A stretch of DNA of 64,000 nucleotides from Candidatus Latescibacterota bacterium. Lineage in GTDB: Bacteria; Latescibacterota; UBA2968. The position numbers were made by a program, and so were the translations under genes. The DNA lies in assembly GCA_965205975.1 (NCBI GenBank), contig OZ242195.1:5376001-5440000 (forward strand), in the 5' to 3' direction. Positions 1-9,666 of this stretch are shown here, in pieces; the stretch's first letter is position 1, and each line of letters starts with the position of its first letter. Below the pieces are notes generated by a model. The model was given only the letters and a program-made list of their open reading frames with translations, made no database searches and was not told the origin of the DNA.

Positions 1-371
1 GCATGTAAAAATATGGCGATTAGACCCAAAATCAATGCGCCTTGAGCCAGCCCCAGAGCAATGCCACCAAATGCGTCAATCGCGCCGAGGGGCGAGGCAC
101 GCAACATTCCGTGAAGGGTGCGCCCGATAAAATAGCAGGCGGCCAGGACGCCCGCAAATACCACAAAGAACCCGATTAGCGCGGTGCCCGTGCCGAGGTC
201 TTCTGTTGTATCGAACAAAGCGCGCGCAGTCGTTTCGCCATAAGTGAGGGCAAAGCCATAAGCCAATATCACGCTGAGTAGCATGATGAGGCTTTGTACC
301 AGCCCAATTTGCCATCCTTTTCGAGCGAACCAGAAGAGGCCGAGGGCAAAAATGAGATCGACGATGTTCAT
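1..371 (-). CDS. cvpA: CvpA (colicin V production) family membrane protein, 3' end runs off the window
   Basis: Manual translation from ATG at 371: MNIVDLIFALGLFWFARKGWQIGLVQSLIMLLSVILAYGFA...LGAIDAFGGIALGLAQGALILG; matches the CvpA pattern. Not in the ORF track because there is no stop inside the window. Confidence 0.8.
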   Translation of the reverse strand, partial: MNIVDLIFALGLFWFARKGWQIGLVQSLIMLLSVILAYGFALTYGETTARALFDTTEDLGTGTALIGFFVVFAGVLAACYFIGRTLHGMLRASPLGAIDAFGGIALGLAQGALILGLIAIFLH

Positions 372-395
372 TTGAAGTGCAAAATGGGAATGGAT

Positions 396-432
396 AAAAA
401 AAAGCGATAGCCACCCTGAGTGATTATCGCTT
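396..432 (-). terminator. Intrinsic terminator after rpsU
   Basis: Inverted repeat aagcgata...tatcgctt followed on the minus strand by a T8 run. Confidence 0.6.
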
Positions 433-454
433 AATTCAAATAATTGCGAAAGAC

Positions 455-652
455 TTAGCGGGTGTATTGCTGGTCTAATTTGATCCGCTTGCGTCTTGCT
501 GCGGCAATTTTGCGTTTCCGACGTTCACTCGGTTTTTCAAAGTGCTGATTTTTCTTCATGTCGGAAATAACACCGGCTTTTTCGCAGGCCTTTTTGAACC
601 GTTTGAGTGCTCTTTCGAACGGCTCGTCGTCGCGTACGAGGACACCAGGCAT
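455..652 (-). CDS. rpsU: 30S ribosomal protein S21
   Basis: 65 aa MPGVLVRDDEPFERALKRFKKACEKAGVISDMKKNQHFEKPSERRKRK; start trimmed from ORF 455..763. Confidence 0.97.
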   Translation of the reverse strand: MPGVLVRDDEPFERALKRFKKACEKAGVISDMKKNQHFEKPSERRKRKIAAARRKRIKLDQQYTR

Positions 653-917
653 GCTGGGACTCACCCCTTTCTTTGGAAAATGTGATGAATAACCAAAACG
701 AATTTCAATATAACATATAAAATGTCCCGCACTTTTGCAACCCGTTTTTCCCACGTCGCCCAACTCAGAATTTGTTCGCTATAAAAAACGTCTTTGTTCA
801 TTTCAAGGTGTTTTTTATTTTTAGTACGGAAATTGTGGGGCTTTGGTTTTGAATGGGAACTCAAAAAAGTGTCGGGCGTTTTGGATGAGGGGAAAGGAAC
901 ACCAGACGGAGGGGTGA

Positions 918-2183
918 ATGCAGTTAATAAATAAAAATAAGATCGATGACAAGCTCAAGGATTTACACTTACGCCTGTCCAGCCAGAGTTTTTTAACGGC
1001 TTATTTTTTTCTTTTGGCGGTTATTATTGTCACCGCTTTTCTCATTTATACCCAGCTTTACGTGGTGCAACCCATGCGGCAAGAAGCCAGGCGTATGGGA
1101 GAGTTCTACGCTTTTATGCACAGTGTGGTTACGCTGGATACAATTGAGGTCAAGGGATTTTATAAGGATGTCATTTATCACACTGTCCAGAATCCCAATT
1201 TTCCAGTCGTAATCACAGACGAACAGGGTCTTCCCCGATACTGGAAAGCGATTGATATTCCCCCCTTTGGTGACCGTACCCCCGAAACCCTGGGCAAAGT
1301 GATGGACAAGGCTTACGCGCTTGATAGGGAAAAAGATCCGTTGCCGTTTGAATGGCCCGTCAACAAGGATCCGGAAATCTGGCATTTGCACTGGGGTGCG
1401 TCCGCGCTTGAGAAGCGTTTGAATTGGTTGCCCTGGGTCGCTTTTGGGGTGACAATCTTATTTACTGGGGGTGGATATCTCGGATTTCGGTATATTAAGA
1501 ACAGAGAACAGCGATCTATCTGGGTAGGGATGGCTCGGGAAACAGCCCATCAGTTGGGAACGCCGCTGTCTTCGCTGTACGGTTGGTTGGCATTGTTGAG
1601 GGACGAGTTGGATGCAGAGGGCAGTCAAAAGCTAAAAAATATCCTGGGAGAAATGGATCGGGATACGAGTCGGTTGGACAAGATCGCTTCTCGCTTTAGT
1701 CTGATTGGTTCCACGCCCGAATTGCGATTGGATCAGGTGCGCGATGTGGTGGCTGAGACAGCGGGTTATCTGCGCGCGCGCTTGCCGGAAAACGTGCAAA
1801 TTGTAGAGGAATTAGACGATGCGCCAGTTGTTCCGATCAATCGGGAACTTTTGGGATGGGCGTTTGAAAATCTTTTCAGGAATGCCGCCGATGCGATGGA
1901 GGGGAGAGGGGGCCGCATTGATGTATCGTCGCGTCTGGAGGAACATCGGGTGGTTATTGAAGTGCGCGATACGGGAAAGGGCATGCCTTCGCATATGTTT
2001 AAGCAAGTTTTTTTGCCGGGTACCAGCACTAAGAAACGCGGATGGGGACTCGGCCTGGCATTTGTGAAGCGCATTGTGGAAGACTATCACAGTGGAAAAG
2101 TATATATCAAAGAAAGTGTGCCAGATCAGGGTACGACATTTGTCGTCTTGCTGCCATTGTCACCAGTAGCCAGTAGTCAGTAG
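918..2183 (+). CDS. Membrane-bound sensor histidine kinase
   Basis: Two TM segments; H-box MARETAHQLGTPLSSL; N-box ENLFRNAADA; DTGKGM; TKKRGWGLGL. Confidence 0.92.
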   Translation: MQLINKNKIDDKLKDLHLRLSSQSFLTAYFFLLAVIIVTAFLIYTQLYVVQPMRQEARRMGEFYAFMHSVVTLDTIEVKGFYKDVIYHTVQNPNFPVVITDEQGLPRYWKAIDIPPFGDRTPETLGKVMDKAYALDREKDPLPFEWPVNKDPEIWHLHWGASALEKRLNWLPWVAFGVTILFTGGGYLGFRYIKNREQRSIWVGMARETAHQLGTPLSSLYGWLALLRDELDAEGSQKLKNILGEMDRDTSRLDKIASRFSLIGSTPELRLDQVRDVVAETAGYLRARLPENVQIVEELDDAPVVPINRELLGWAFENLFRNAADAMEGRGGRIDVSSRLEEHRVVIEVRDTGKGMPSHMFKQVFLPGTSTKKRGWGLGLAFVKRIVEDYHSGKVYIKESVPDQGTTFVVLLPLSPVASSQ

Positions 2184-2257
2184 CCAGTTACCCCGCACTA
2201 CCCCACCGGGGTTGGGTGGTTGGGACTGACAACTGATAACTGATAACTGATAACTAA
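2163..2257. repeat. Dispersed repeat, copy 1: GC-rich core flanked by heptamer arrays (CAGTAGC)n and (ACTGATA)n
   Basis: Reverse complement recurs at 11337-11418 with few mismatches. Confidence 0.85.
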
Positions 2258-2269
2258 CGAGAGGTGCAT

Positions 2270-3838
2270 GTGAATCAAACACAAGAAGCCAAGCAGATTT
2301 TGTGGGCGGATGACGAGATCGATTTGTTGCGACCCCATCAAATTTTTCTCAAAGATCGGGGGTATGATATAACCCCTGTGACCAATGGCGACGATGCTAT
2401 TGCCCTGGTTCAGAAGCGCGGATTTGATGCGGTATTGCTCGATGAGATGATGGCTGGACGAGATGGGTTGTCAACCCTGGCGGCGATTAAGGATATCAAT
2501 CCGCATATTCCGGTTATTATGATTACGAAAAACGAAGAAGAACGGTTGATGGAACAGGCTATTGGACAGCGGATTGACGACTATTTGACCAAGCCCGTGA
2601 ATCCGAGTCAGATTTTGCTGGCGTGCAAAAAATTGCTCGACGCACGTCAAATTCAAAAAGACCGCATGGGTCTGGACTATGCGGCTGCATCCAATAGGTT
2701 GCGCGAATCTCTCATATTGGCGGAGTCCTGGCGAGATTGGATTGATCTTCATGTGCGCCTGTCCGAGTGGGATTTGGAATTGGACCGCTTTTACGATCCG
2801 GGCTTGCGCACCATGCACGACGATTTGCGCCGTGCATGCAATTTGGGGTTTGGCAAGTTTGTAGAGGACAATTACAGCCAATGGGTACAAGATGAAGAGG
2901 ATTCACCCACGCTTTCTGTGGATATTGTATCCGAATTTGTCGCGCCCTGTGTGCAAGATGGGCAACAGGTGTTTTTTGTAGTGGTCGATTGTATGCGATT
3001 GGATCACTGGCTTGCCATTTTGCCGTTGTTGTCCGATATTTTCGATATTGAGCAACACTACCATTACTCTATTTTGCCCACTGCGACGCCGTATTCTCGC
3101 AATGCCATTTTTAGCGGTCTTTTTCCCATTGACCTCGCGGTTTTGTATCCAGATGAGTGGCAGGTGGCGCGTGACGACGACATGAGTCGCAACCGACACG
3201 AACACCAATTGCTCGATCAACAACTCGCAGAAATTGATCCAGAATTGAATTTGGATACGCGCTATGTCAAAATACTGGATATTGCTGAGGGCAACCGGCT
3301 GGCGAAGAAGGTGCATTCGTACCGGTCTTTTCCGCTTATGTCCGTTGTGGTCAATTTTTTGGATATGCTCACGCATGGTCGTTCCGAATCCGAATTGTTG
3401 CAAGAAATGGCGCCCAATGAGTCTGCTTATCGGTCTTTGACGCGGTCCTGGTTCTCGCATTCTTCTCTTTTTGAGATGTTGCGCAAGTTGTCTGAGACCG
3501 ATTCGACAGTGGTGTTGACGACAGATCACGGCTGTATGCTGAGTGCGCGGGCTTCTCTGGCTTATGGCAATCGGGATACTTCGACGGGGATTCGTTTCAA
3601 ATACGGCAAAAATTTGCGATGCGATAACCGTCATGCGATGCATATTCGAGATCCCGAGGCTTTTGGTCTGCCGAGTGTGGGGCAAGGGACCAATTACATT
3701 ATTTGTAGGGAAGATTACTTTTTTGTGTATCCCACCAATTTCAATGAGTACCAGGCTAAATACGCCAATAGTTTTCAACACGGGGGAATTTCCCTCGAAG
3801 AGTGTATTTTGCCGGTTGCTATTATGCGCGGGAAATGA
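2270..3838 (+). CDS. PorX-like response regulator with C-terminal PglZ (alkaline-phosphatase fold) domain
   Basis: N-terminal REC (ILWADDEID, VLLDEMM, MITK, YLTKPVN); PglZ motifs VVDCMRLD, SILPTATPYSRNAIFSG, TTDHG, FQHGGISLEE; followed by tsaE. GTG 2270 chosen for SD GAGAGG spacing. Confidence 0.9.
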   Translation: MNQTQEAKQILWADDEIDLLRPHQIFLKDRGYDITPVTNGDDAIALVQKRGFDAVLLDEMMAGRDGLSTLAAIKDINPHIPVIMITKNEEERLMEQAIGQRIDDYLTKPVNPSQILLACKKLLDARQIQKDRMGLDYAAASNRLRESLILAESWRDWIDLHVRLSEWDLELDRFYDPGLRTMHDDLRRACNLGFGKFVEDNYSQWVQDEEDSPTLSVDIVSEFVAPCVQDGQQVFFVVVDCMRLDHWLAILPLLSDIFDIEQHYHYSILPTATPYSRNAIFSGLFPIDLAVLYPDEWQVARDDDMSRNRHEHQLLDQQLAEIDPELNLDTRYVKILDIAEGNRLAKKVHSYRSFPLMSVVVNFLDMLTHGRSESELLQEMAPNESAYRSLTRSWFSHSSLFEMLRKLSETDSTVVLTTDHGCMLSARASLAYGNRDTSTGIRFKYGKNLRCDNRHAMHIRDPEAFGLPSVGQGTNYIICREDYFFVYPTNFNEYQAKYANSFQHGGISLEECILPVAIMRGK

Positions 3839-3882
3839 GGCGAATAGGCGAATAGACGAATAGACGAATCAACGAATAGACG
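3839..3882 (+). repeat. Tandem octamer repeat (G[G/A]CGAATA), about 5.5 units
   Basis: ggcgaata ggcgaata gacgaata gacgaatc aacgaata gacg. Confidence 0.8.
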
Positions 3883-3947
3883 GAACGGGTATAGCTGAGA
3901 TAGCGGTTCGTTGACCTATAAGAGAGGTGCATTCTGCACTTTTAACC

Positions 3948-4421
3948 ATGTCAGATAGAACGATCACACAGGTGTCTTCGTCGCCCGATCAAACACATCG
4001 GTTTGGACGCGATCTCGCGGCCCGGCTCGAGCCGGGCGATTGCGTTGCTCTTACAGGAGATTTGGGTAGCGGGAAGACCTGTTTTGTACAGGGTGTTTGC
4101 GCGGGCTTGAATGTGACCGATTATGTGACGAGTCCAACTTTTGTAATCGTCAATGAATACGAGGGGGTTTCGCCCGATGGAAAGCAGATGCCGGTGTATC
4201 ATTTTGATCTTTATCGGTTGGGCAGTCCCGACGAACTCTATGAGATTGGGTGTGATGATTTATTTTACGGCGAGGGTGTGTGTTTGATTGAGTGGGCAGA
4301 TTTGGGGGGCGATTTGATTCCCGACCATGCAATTGATGTGCATTTTGCCCATGCGGGGGAGATGGTTCGGAACCTGACGATCTCTACCAGGACGAGGTTG
4401 TACACCGCTTCAGAGGGGTGA
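3948..4421 (+). CDS. tsaE: tRNA threonylcarbamoyladenosine biosynthesis ATPase TsaE
   Basis: LTGDLGSGKT P-loop, VTSPTF, YHFDLYRL, LIEW motifs; start could be 3927. Confidence 0.95.
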   Translation: MSDRTITQVSSSPDQTHRFGRDLAARLEPGDCVALTGDLGSGKTCFVQGVCAGLNVTDYVTSPTFVIVNEYEGVSPDGKQMPVYHFDLYRLGSPDELYEIGCDDLFYGEGVCLIEWADLGGDLIPDHAIDVHFAHAGEMVRNLTISTRTRLYTASEG

Positions 4422-4422
4422 C

Positions 4423-5223
4423 GTGTCAAAAAAAAGATATAATTGCAGACCTTTTTGGGTTCGACCAGGACGAGAATGTACACTACTTGCCATGTGTGTT
4501 TACTTTATGGCGTTTGCACCGGTTTGGGCACAGCAGGACTTACAGCCGAGACAATTGGTTGAAGCTCCTACGGCGGGTTTGTTGCCCAGTCGCGGTTTGG
4601 GGTTGGATCTTCGGTTTTATGGAGACGATGGCATTTTGGGCGGTGTATCGGTTGGTTTGTTCAGCCGGGGTATGGTTGGGGTGTCTTTTGGCGGTAGCGA
4701 TCTTTTGGGCAACGAGGCGGTGAATTTAAACCCGCGGATCGAATTTTCAGGTCGCGTGCGGGTGCTTGAAGAGGGATATACAATTCCGGCTCTGGCAGTG
4801 GGTTATACATCGCAGGGATACGGGATGTTCGATGACGAGTTGAAGCGCTATACCCGCAAGTCCAAGGGTGTTTATGTCGTTGCCAGCAAAAATTTTAAGT
4901 TGCCTTTGGGGCATACGGGTCTTCACGTTGGCGCGAACCGAAGTTTTGAAGATGGCGATGGCGATAGTGATTTTACGGGTTATGTCGGGGTAGATACAGG
5001 GCTTGGGAAATATGTGGTGGTGCTGGCGGAATACGATTTTGGGTTGAATGATAATTCGGACAATAGCCTGGGTTCTGGAAAGGGATTTTTAAATGCCGGT
5101 ATCAGATGGACGCTGTCTGAGGCATTTGCTCTGGAATTTGATTTGAAGAATATTTTCCGCAATGGCACGCAAAATCCACACCCCGATCGGGAGCTTCGCA
5201 TTGCGTATTTTGGAAAATTTTGA
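4423..5223 (+). CDS. Putative outer-membrane beta-barrel protein (YjbH-like)
   Basis: Signal-peptide-like segment ending APVWA-QQ, PTAGLL motif, alternating amphipathic strands, C-terminal Phe; start uncertain. Confidence 0.55.
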   Translation: MSKKRYNCRPFWVRPGRECTLLAMCVYFMAFAPVWAQQDLQPRQLVEAPTAGLLPSRGLGLDLRFYGDDGILGGVSVGLFSRGMVGVSFGGSDLLGNEAVNLNPRIEFSGRVRVLEEGYTIPALAVGYTSQGYGMFDDELKRYTRKSKGVYVVASKNFKLPLGHTGLHVGANRSFEDGDGDSDFTGYVGVDTGLGKYVVVLAEYDFGLNDNSDNSLGSGKGFLNAGIRWTLSEAFALEFDLKNIFRNGTQNPHPDRELRIAYFGKF

Positions 5224-5237
5224 TTTTTTAGTGAGTT

Positions 5238-5696
5238 TTACCATCCCTCTCTCATCCACTCAAACATTTTGTAGTGGTTGCCATCCATTCCCATTGCGTT
5301 ATAAGTTTTTTGCGCCCGTTCATTTTCTCGCTCGACATATAGCCTGAGTCCGCGCAGATCGGCAGATTGTTCGACTGCGGTTTTTAAGGTTTCATACATC
5401 ATCCGAAAAATACCGCGCCGCCGTGCGCTGGGGATCACGTAAAGCGAATGAATCCACAGTACTGTTCCGTTGCGCCAATCACTCCATTCGGGGACGGTGA
5501 GCAAGCAGCCGACGACTTCATTGTCTAACTCAGCAATCCAATATGCCCCCTTGTGCGGGTCGTCAAAAACGGCCTGGACGCCTTTTTCAACGGTTGGGCG
5601 ATCCAGTGCAAAGTCTTCTGTTTCTTTTGCCATTCGGATTTGAAAATCTACGATATTGGACGCATCCTTTCGTCGCCCCTGACGAATCTCGATCAT
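5238..5696 (-). CDS. GNAT family N-acetyltransferase
   Basis: EWSDWRNG, WIHSLYV, RRRGIF, LRLYVE..N..AQ..Y motifs; ATGA overlap with upstream gene. Confidence 0.9.
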   Translation of the reverse strand: MIEIRQGRRKDASNIVDFQIRMAKETEDFALDRPTVEKGVQAVFDDPHKGAYWIAELDNEVVGCLLTVPEWSDWRNGTVLWIHSLYVIPSARRRGIFRMMYETLKTAVEQSADLRGLRLYVERENERAQKTYNAMGMDGNHYKMFEWMREGW

Positions 5697-6430
5697 AATC
5701 CCTTCTTCCATTTGCGATACAGTTCGAATGTTTCTTCATCTGGCGGATAGTATTTGCCAGGGGAGAGGTTTTCCGTGTCCAGGCGCCTTCTGATCCATTC
5801 TTCGAGGTCGTCGTATTCTATCGCTTTTTGAGCCATTTCTGGCGCGACTTTGCGCGGGATGACGACTACGCCGTCGTCGTCGGCTACGATGTAGTCTCCC
5901 GGTCTGACGAGGACGCCATCGACCTGTACCCAGTCATTGGTCGAATAAGGCGTTCCAACGCGGGTGCCGAGGTTTGATGTTTTGCCATATCCCCACAGCA
6001 TGACGCCGTAGTCTTTGACGGTGTGCATGTCGCGGATGCCGCCATCGCAGATCAGACCATCTACTTCCCGCTGTTTTAAGCGAAGAAATTTGATGTCTCC
6101 GCCAATGGACATCAGTTTGGTGCGCATGGATTCCATGACGATGACGTCGCCTGGACCCGCGAGTTCAAAGGCGGCGTATTCAGGGGATTCTTCGCCGCCC
6201 GGTTTTTCTTCGTCGGCATCGGGACGCGAGGGCACAAAGCGCACGGTGATTGCTCTGGCGACCAATCGCTTTCCGGGGTTCATGGTTTGCAGATTGGGCA
6301 TGTAGGTGTATCGCGCGTCGTAGCCATTGCGCGCGAGCACATCGACCACAGCGGTTGTGTTCACGCGCTTGAGTGCTTCTCGCGTTGCTTTGTCCAATAC
6401 GTGATCGGGGGTGGGTTGTACAATTGCCAT
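5693..6430 (-). CDS. RraA / HMG-CHA aldolase family protein
   Basis: GGDI, DGGIRD, VRPGDYIVADDDGVVVIP motifs. Confidence 0.85.
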   Translation of the reverse strand: MAIVQPTPDHVLDKATREALKRVNTTAVVDVLARNGYDARYTYMPNLQTMNPGKRLVARAITVRFVPSRPDADEEKPGGEESPEYAAFELAGPGDVIVMESMRTKLMSIGGDIKFLRLKQREVDGLICDGGIRDMHTVKDYGVMLWGYGKTSNLGTRVGTPYSTNDWVQVDGVLVRPGDYIVADDDGVVVIPRKVAPEMAQKAIEYDDLEEWIRRRLDTENLSPGKYYPPDEETFELYRKWKKGL

Positions 6431-6443
6431 ATATTCTCCTGTT

Positions 6444-7424
6444 TTATTTACTCTCGTTTTCGACTGCCTGGATCAATGCGATGATGTACCCAAATTGGAA
6501 TGCCCACGCCTGGGTTACGCGGCTCGATACGCCTTCGGGGGCTGTGTCGTCGGGATGACGGGGAGCGTGGTCGGGCATGAGCATGTAGGGATAGTCTGCC
6601 TGGTGTAGAGCTTTTACAATCTCGTACATGTTGACGTCGCCTTCATCTGGCCAGGTTTCGCAAAAGTCGTGCAGGCCCCCGCGGATGTTTCTGAAGTGTA
6701 CGTTGAAGATTTTTTTTCTTTCTGCGAAATATTTGATGATGGGCGGGAGTTCTTCGGCTGGATTTTCCAGTCCTTCGGCGGCTACGCCGCAGCAAAAATT
6801 GAATCCGTGATAGGGGCTGTCAACCAGTTCGCTGAATCGCTTCAGGCCTTCAAATACGGGATAATTCCATTTTTCTATGCCGTTTAGCACGGGTGCTGGC
6901 GGGTCGTTGAGGTGGCATGCTATTTGAATTTTGTATTCTTCGGCAACGGGTATTACGCGTTCGAGAAAGTACGCTGCCCGTTCAAAAGCCTCTTCCCGGC
7001 TTACGCGGCCGACTTCGGTGAGGGTGTCGTTGTCGTATTCAGAAAGGACAAAGGAACTGTACGTTGTCCCGCCGCGCCCCGGCCTGCGTCCGGTGCGTTG
7101 TACAAGACCGCCCGAGGGTGCGCGCAAGACGCAGAAGTTGTAGTTCAGACCGCGCAGTCCGGCTTTGTGCGCGTTTTCGATGTATTGACAGAACAGGTCG
7201 ATGTCTTTGTCGCGCTGCGGATCTTTTGCCATGGGGATGCTGTCCATTGGGGGGACGTGAATCATTTCGAGTTCGACCCCATAAGCGGCGGCATCTTCTC
7301 TGTGCCGCGTGAGGGTGTCGGCATCCATGCCATCTACTGTGGCATCAAAATGGGTGACGCCATGGCGGGATAGAAATTCCATTTCTATTTTTGATGTGCC
7401 AAAATACTGTGTGCCTACGTACAT
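6444..7424 (-). CDS. Mannonate dehydratase (UxuA) family protein
   Basis: YFLERVIPVAEEY, HLNDPP, GFNFCCG, VHFRN, DEGDVNM, MPDH motifs. Confidence 0.85.
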   Translation of the reverse strand: MYVGTQYFGTSKIEMEFLSRHGVTHFDATVDGMDADTLTRHREDAAAYGVELEMIHVPPMDSIPMAKDPQRDKDIDLFCQYIENAHKAGLRGLNYNFCVLRAPSGGLVQRTGRRPGRGGTTYSSFVLSEYDNDTLTEVGRVSREEAFERAAYFLERVIPVAEEYKIQIACHLNDPPAPVLNGIEKWNYPVFEGLKRFSELVDSPYHGFNFCCGVAAEGLENPAEELPPIIKYFAERKKIFNVHFRNIRGGLHDFCETWPDEGDVNMYEIVKALHQADYPYMLMPDHAPRHPDDTAPEGVSSRVTQAWAFQFGYIIALIQAVENESK

Positions 7425-7435
7425 GATTCATCCTT

Positions 7436-8551
7436 TCAAAGAATTTGGGATAGAGCTTCGTCGAGTTTTTGGACGGTGCGGTCGATGTTCTGGAGTTTGT
7501 CCAGGCCAAATAGGCCCAGGCGGAAGGTCTGAAAATCTTCTGGTTCGTCGCATTGTAATGGTACGCCAGCGGCGATTTGGAGGCCCACGTCCATGAATTT
7601 TTTGCCGGTGTGTATGTCGGGATCTTCCGTGTAGCTGACTACTACTCCCGGTGCCTGGAATCCCTCTGCCGCCACGCTTTTTATGCCTTTGCTGTTCAAG
7701 AGTGCGCGAACTTTGGCGCCGAGTTCTCGTTGCTGCGCGCAGATTTTATCAAAGCCGTAATTTTCGGTTTCTTTCATTGTGTTGCGAAAGACTGTGAGGG
7801 CATCCGTGGGCATGGTCGCGTGATACGCATGGCCGCCACCTTCATAAGCTTCCATAATTTGAAGCCATTTGTGCAGGTCGCAGGCAAAACTGGTGCTGGT
7901 GGTGGATTCAATTCTTTCCAGTGCAGGGGAAGACAGCATGACCAGGCCACAACACGCAGCGGCACTCCAGCCTTTTTGTGGGGCGCTGATCAGGATATCG
8001 ACACCGCGGGCTTTCATGTCGGTCCAGATTGTTCCCGAGGCGATGCAGTCCAATATCAGGAGGCCGCCAACAGCGTGTACGGCGTCTGCTACGGAACGGA
8101 TGTAGTCGTCGGGGAGTATGATCCCGGATGCGGTTTCGACGTGTGGCGCAAAGACAAAGTCGGGTTTTTCCGTCGCGATTGTTTGCACGACTTCTTCGAT
8201 GGGCGCGGGTGCAAATGGGGCGTGTTTGTCATTGCCCGTGCGCCGCGCTTTGAGGACTATAGATTGGGATGGGATGTCGCCCATTTCGAAAATTTGGCTC
8301 CAGCGATAGCTGAACCATCCATTGCGAATGACGAGGCATTTTTTGTCTGTGGCAAATTGTCGCGCTACGGCTTCCATGCCGAATGTGCCACTGCCGGGAA
8401 CGACGATGACCGCGCTGGCGCAATACACTTTTTTGAGTGTGGTGGAGATATCTCGCATGACGCCCTGGAAGGATTGCGACATGTGGTTGAGTGCGCGGTC
8501 TGTATAGACGACAGAGTATTCCAGGAGTTTATCGGGAAGTAAATCTGACAT
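7436..8551 (-). CDS. Class V aminotransferase (alanine-glyoxylate/serine-pyruvate family)
   Basis: EYSVVYTDRALNHMS, PGSGTFGMEA, HVETASG, DCIASG, SAPQKGW (PLP lysine). Confidence 0.9.
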   Translation of the reverse strand: MSDLLPDKLLEYSVVYTDRALNHMSQSFQGVMRDISTTLKKVYCASAVIVVPGSGTFGMEAVARQFATDKKCLVIRNGWFSYRWSQIFEMGDIPSQSIVLKARRTGNDKHAPFAPAPIEEVVQTIATEKPDFVFAPHVETASGIILPDDYIRSVADAVHAVGGLLILDCIASGTIWTDMKARGVDILISAPQKGWSAAACCGLVMLSSPALERIESTTSTSFACDLHKWLQIMEAYEGGGHAYHATMPTDALTVFRNTMKETENYGFDKICAQQRELGAKVRALLNSKGIKSVAAEGFQAPGVVVSYTEDPDIHTGKKFMDVGLQIAAGVPLQCDEPEDFQTFRLGLFGLDKLQNIDRTVQKLDEALSQIL

Positions 8552-8582
8552 TATTGGCCTCTCGGTGGATAGATGGTTTGAT

Positions 8583-9551
8583 CTATAGTTCCACTTCTGC
8601 TATGGCTATGCCGCTTTCTCCTGCGACGGCATATAATAAATAGGTGTGGTTATTTTCTTCAAAGATTGCCGGGTCGCGCAATTGGTTGACGTGTCCATAG
8701 GCCACGCTGCGAATAGAGGGTTCCAGAGGTGCGTTCGCGCCTTCCCATGGATGTTCTGGGCGCAAGATTTCTATGCTTTCTGTTTCGCGCCAATTTTGCC
8801 AGTCAGCCGAGATGTCAATGGTGCTTAGCAATATGCTTTCGGGTACGTCTCCTACCTGTGTCCAGAATATGTACAGGGTATTTTCGCGTTTTAACAGCGC
8901 TGCGTGGCGCATGTTTTTGTTGAATAGCAATGGGCCTTCTTCAAAGTGCGAGAGTCCGTTGGCTGACCGATAAAATTGGCCCGGCATTGCCATGCCATAG
9001 ACATAACCCGTGTGTCGAAAGATTCTGAGATAGCTTTTGGCAAAGGTTTCTGGGCGCGCTGTGAAGTTGATGCCATCGGGAGATGTGGCGACGCGGCTGA
9101 TTTGATGTGCGAGTTTTTCAAGGCCGTGATAGTACATGACTATGGTTTGATCGGTGTGGTTGACGTGTACATCTGGCGATGCGATATGCGGTGTGGTGGC
9201 TTCTGTCATCAGGTCGTGGGATAATTTTTGAGGGCCTTTTTCTTCGTGCCAGAGGACTTTGATTTGTGCTATGTCTTTTTCTGATGTGGTGAGTGACTGT
9301 GTGGGAAAATGCGAGTCGGCGAGTTGCAGGGTTCCCGGTGGATGTATTTTCCAGGGTCCGCGCAGGTTATCTGCATAAGCGAGGCGGATGTACCTGCCTT
9401 TGTGGTCGGCAAAATACAGGTAATACGATCCGAGTGGTTCGGATACCCAGTCGGGTACGCGGATTAGCGAGGGTCCCTGGATGTTGTGTCCGATACTCGG
9501 GTGCAGATCCGGGGTGATGATGGGGGCATTGAGTAGTCGGGTGACGCGCAT
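8583..9551 (-). CDS. Conserved hypothetical protein, probable five-bladed beta-propeller glycoside-hydrolase-like fold
   Basis: GPSLIRVPDW, YYLYFADHKG, HIASPDV, QLRDPAIF motifs. Confidence 0.6.
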   Translation of the reverse strand: MRVTRLLNAPIITPDLHPSIGHNIQGPSLIRVPDWVSEPLGSYYLYFADHKGRYIRLAYADNLRGPWKIHPPGTLQLADSHFPTQSLTTSEKDIAQIKVLWHEEKGPQKLSHDLMTEATTPHIASPDVHVNHTDQTIVMYYHGLEKLAHQISRVATSPDGINFTARPETFAKSYLRIFRHTGYVYGMAMPGQFYRSANGLSHFEEGPLLFNKNMRHAALLKRENTLYIFWTQVGDVPESILLSTIDISADWQNWRETESIEILRPEHPWEGANAPLEPSIRSVAYGHVNQLRDPAIFEENNHTYLLYAVAGESGIAIAEVEL

Positions 9552-9600
9552 GTTATTTTTCCTTCAGTTTATTGAAACACGCCTCAAAGTTGGTGGATAA

Positions 9601-9662
9601 GGCACAGAGACACCGCCCCTACACGCGCGTTTCTTTTGTGTCTTTTGTGCTTTTTGTGGCTA
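9601..9662. repeat. Intergenic REP-like patch (half GTAG-type motif plus TTTGTG-based short repeats)
   Basis: cgcccctac followed by ttttgtgtc ttttgtgc tttttgtggc. Confidence 0.4.
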
Positions 9663-9666
9663 AAAT

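Noticed and set aside
76..414. 112-aa minus-strand ORF from the track
   Set aside because: Wrong frame; the CvpA-like frame starting at 371 explains the region.
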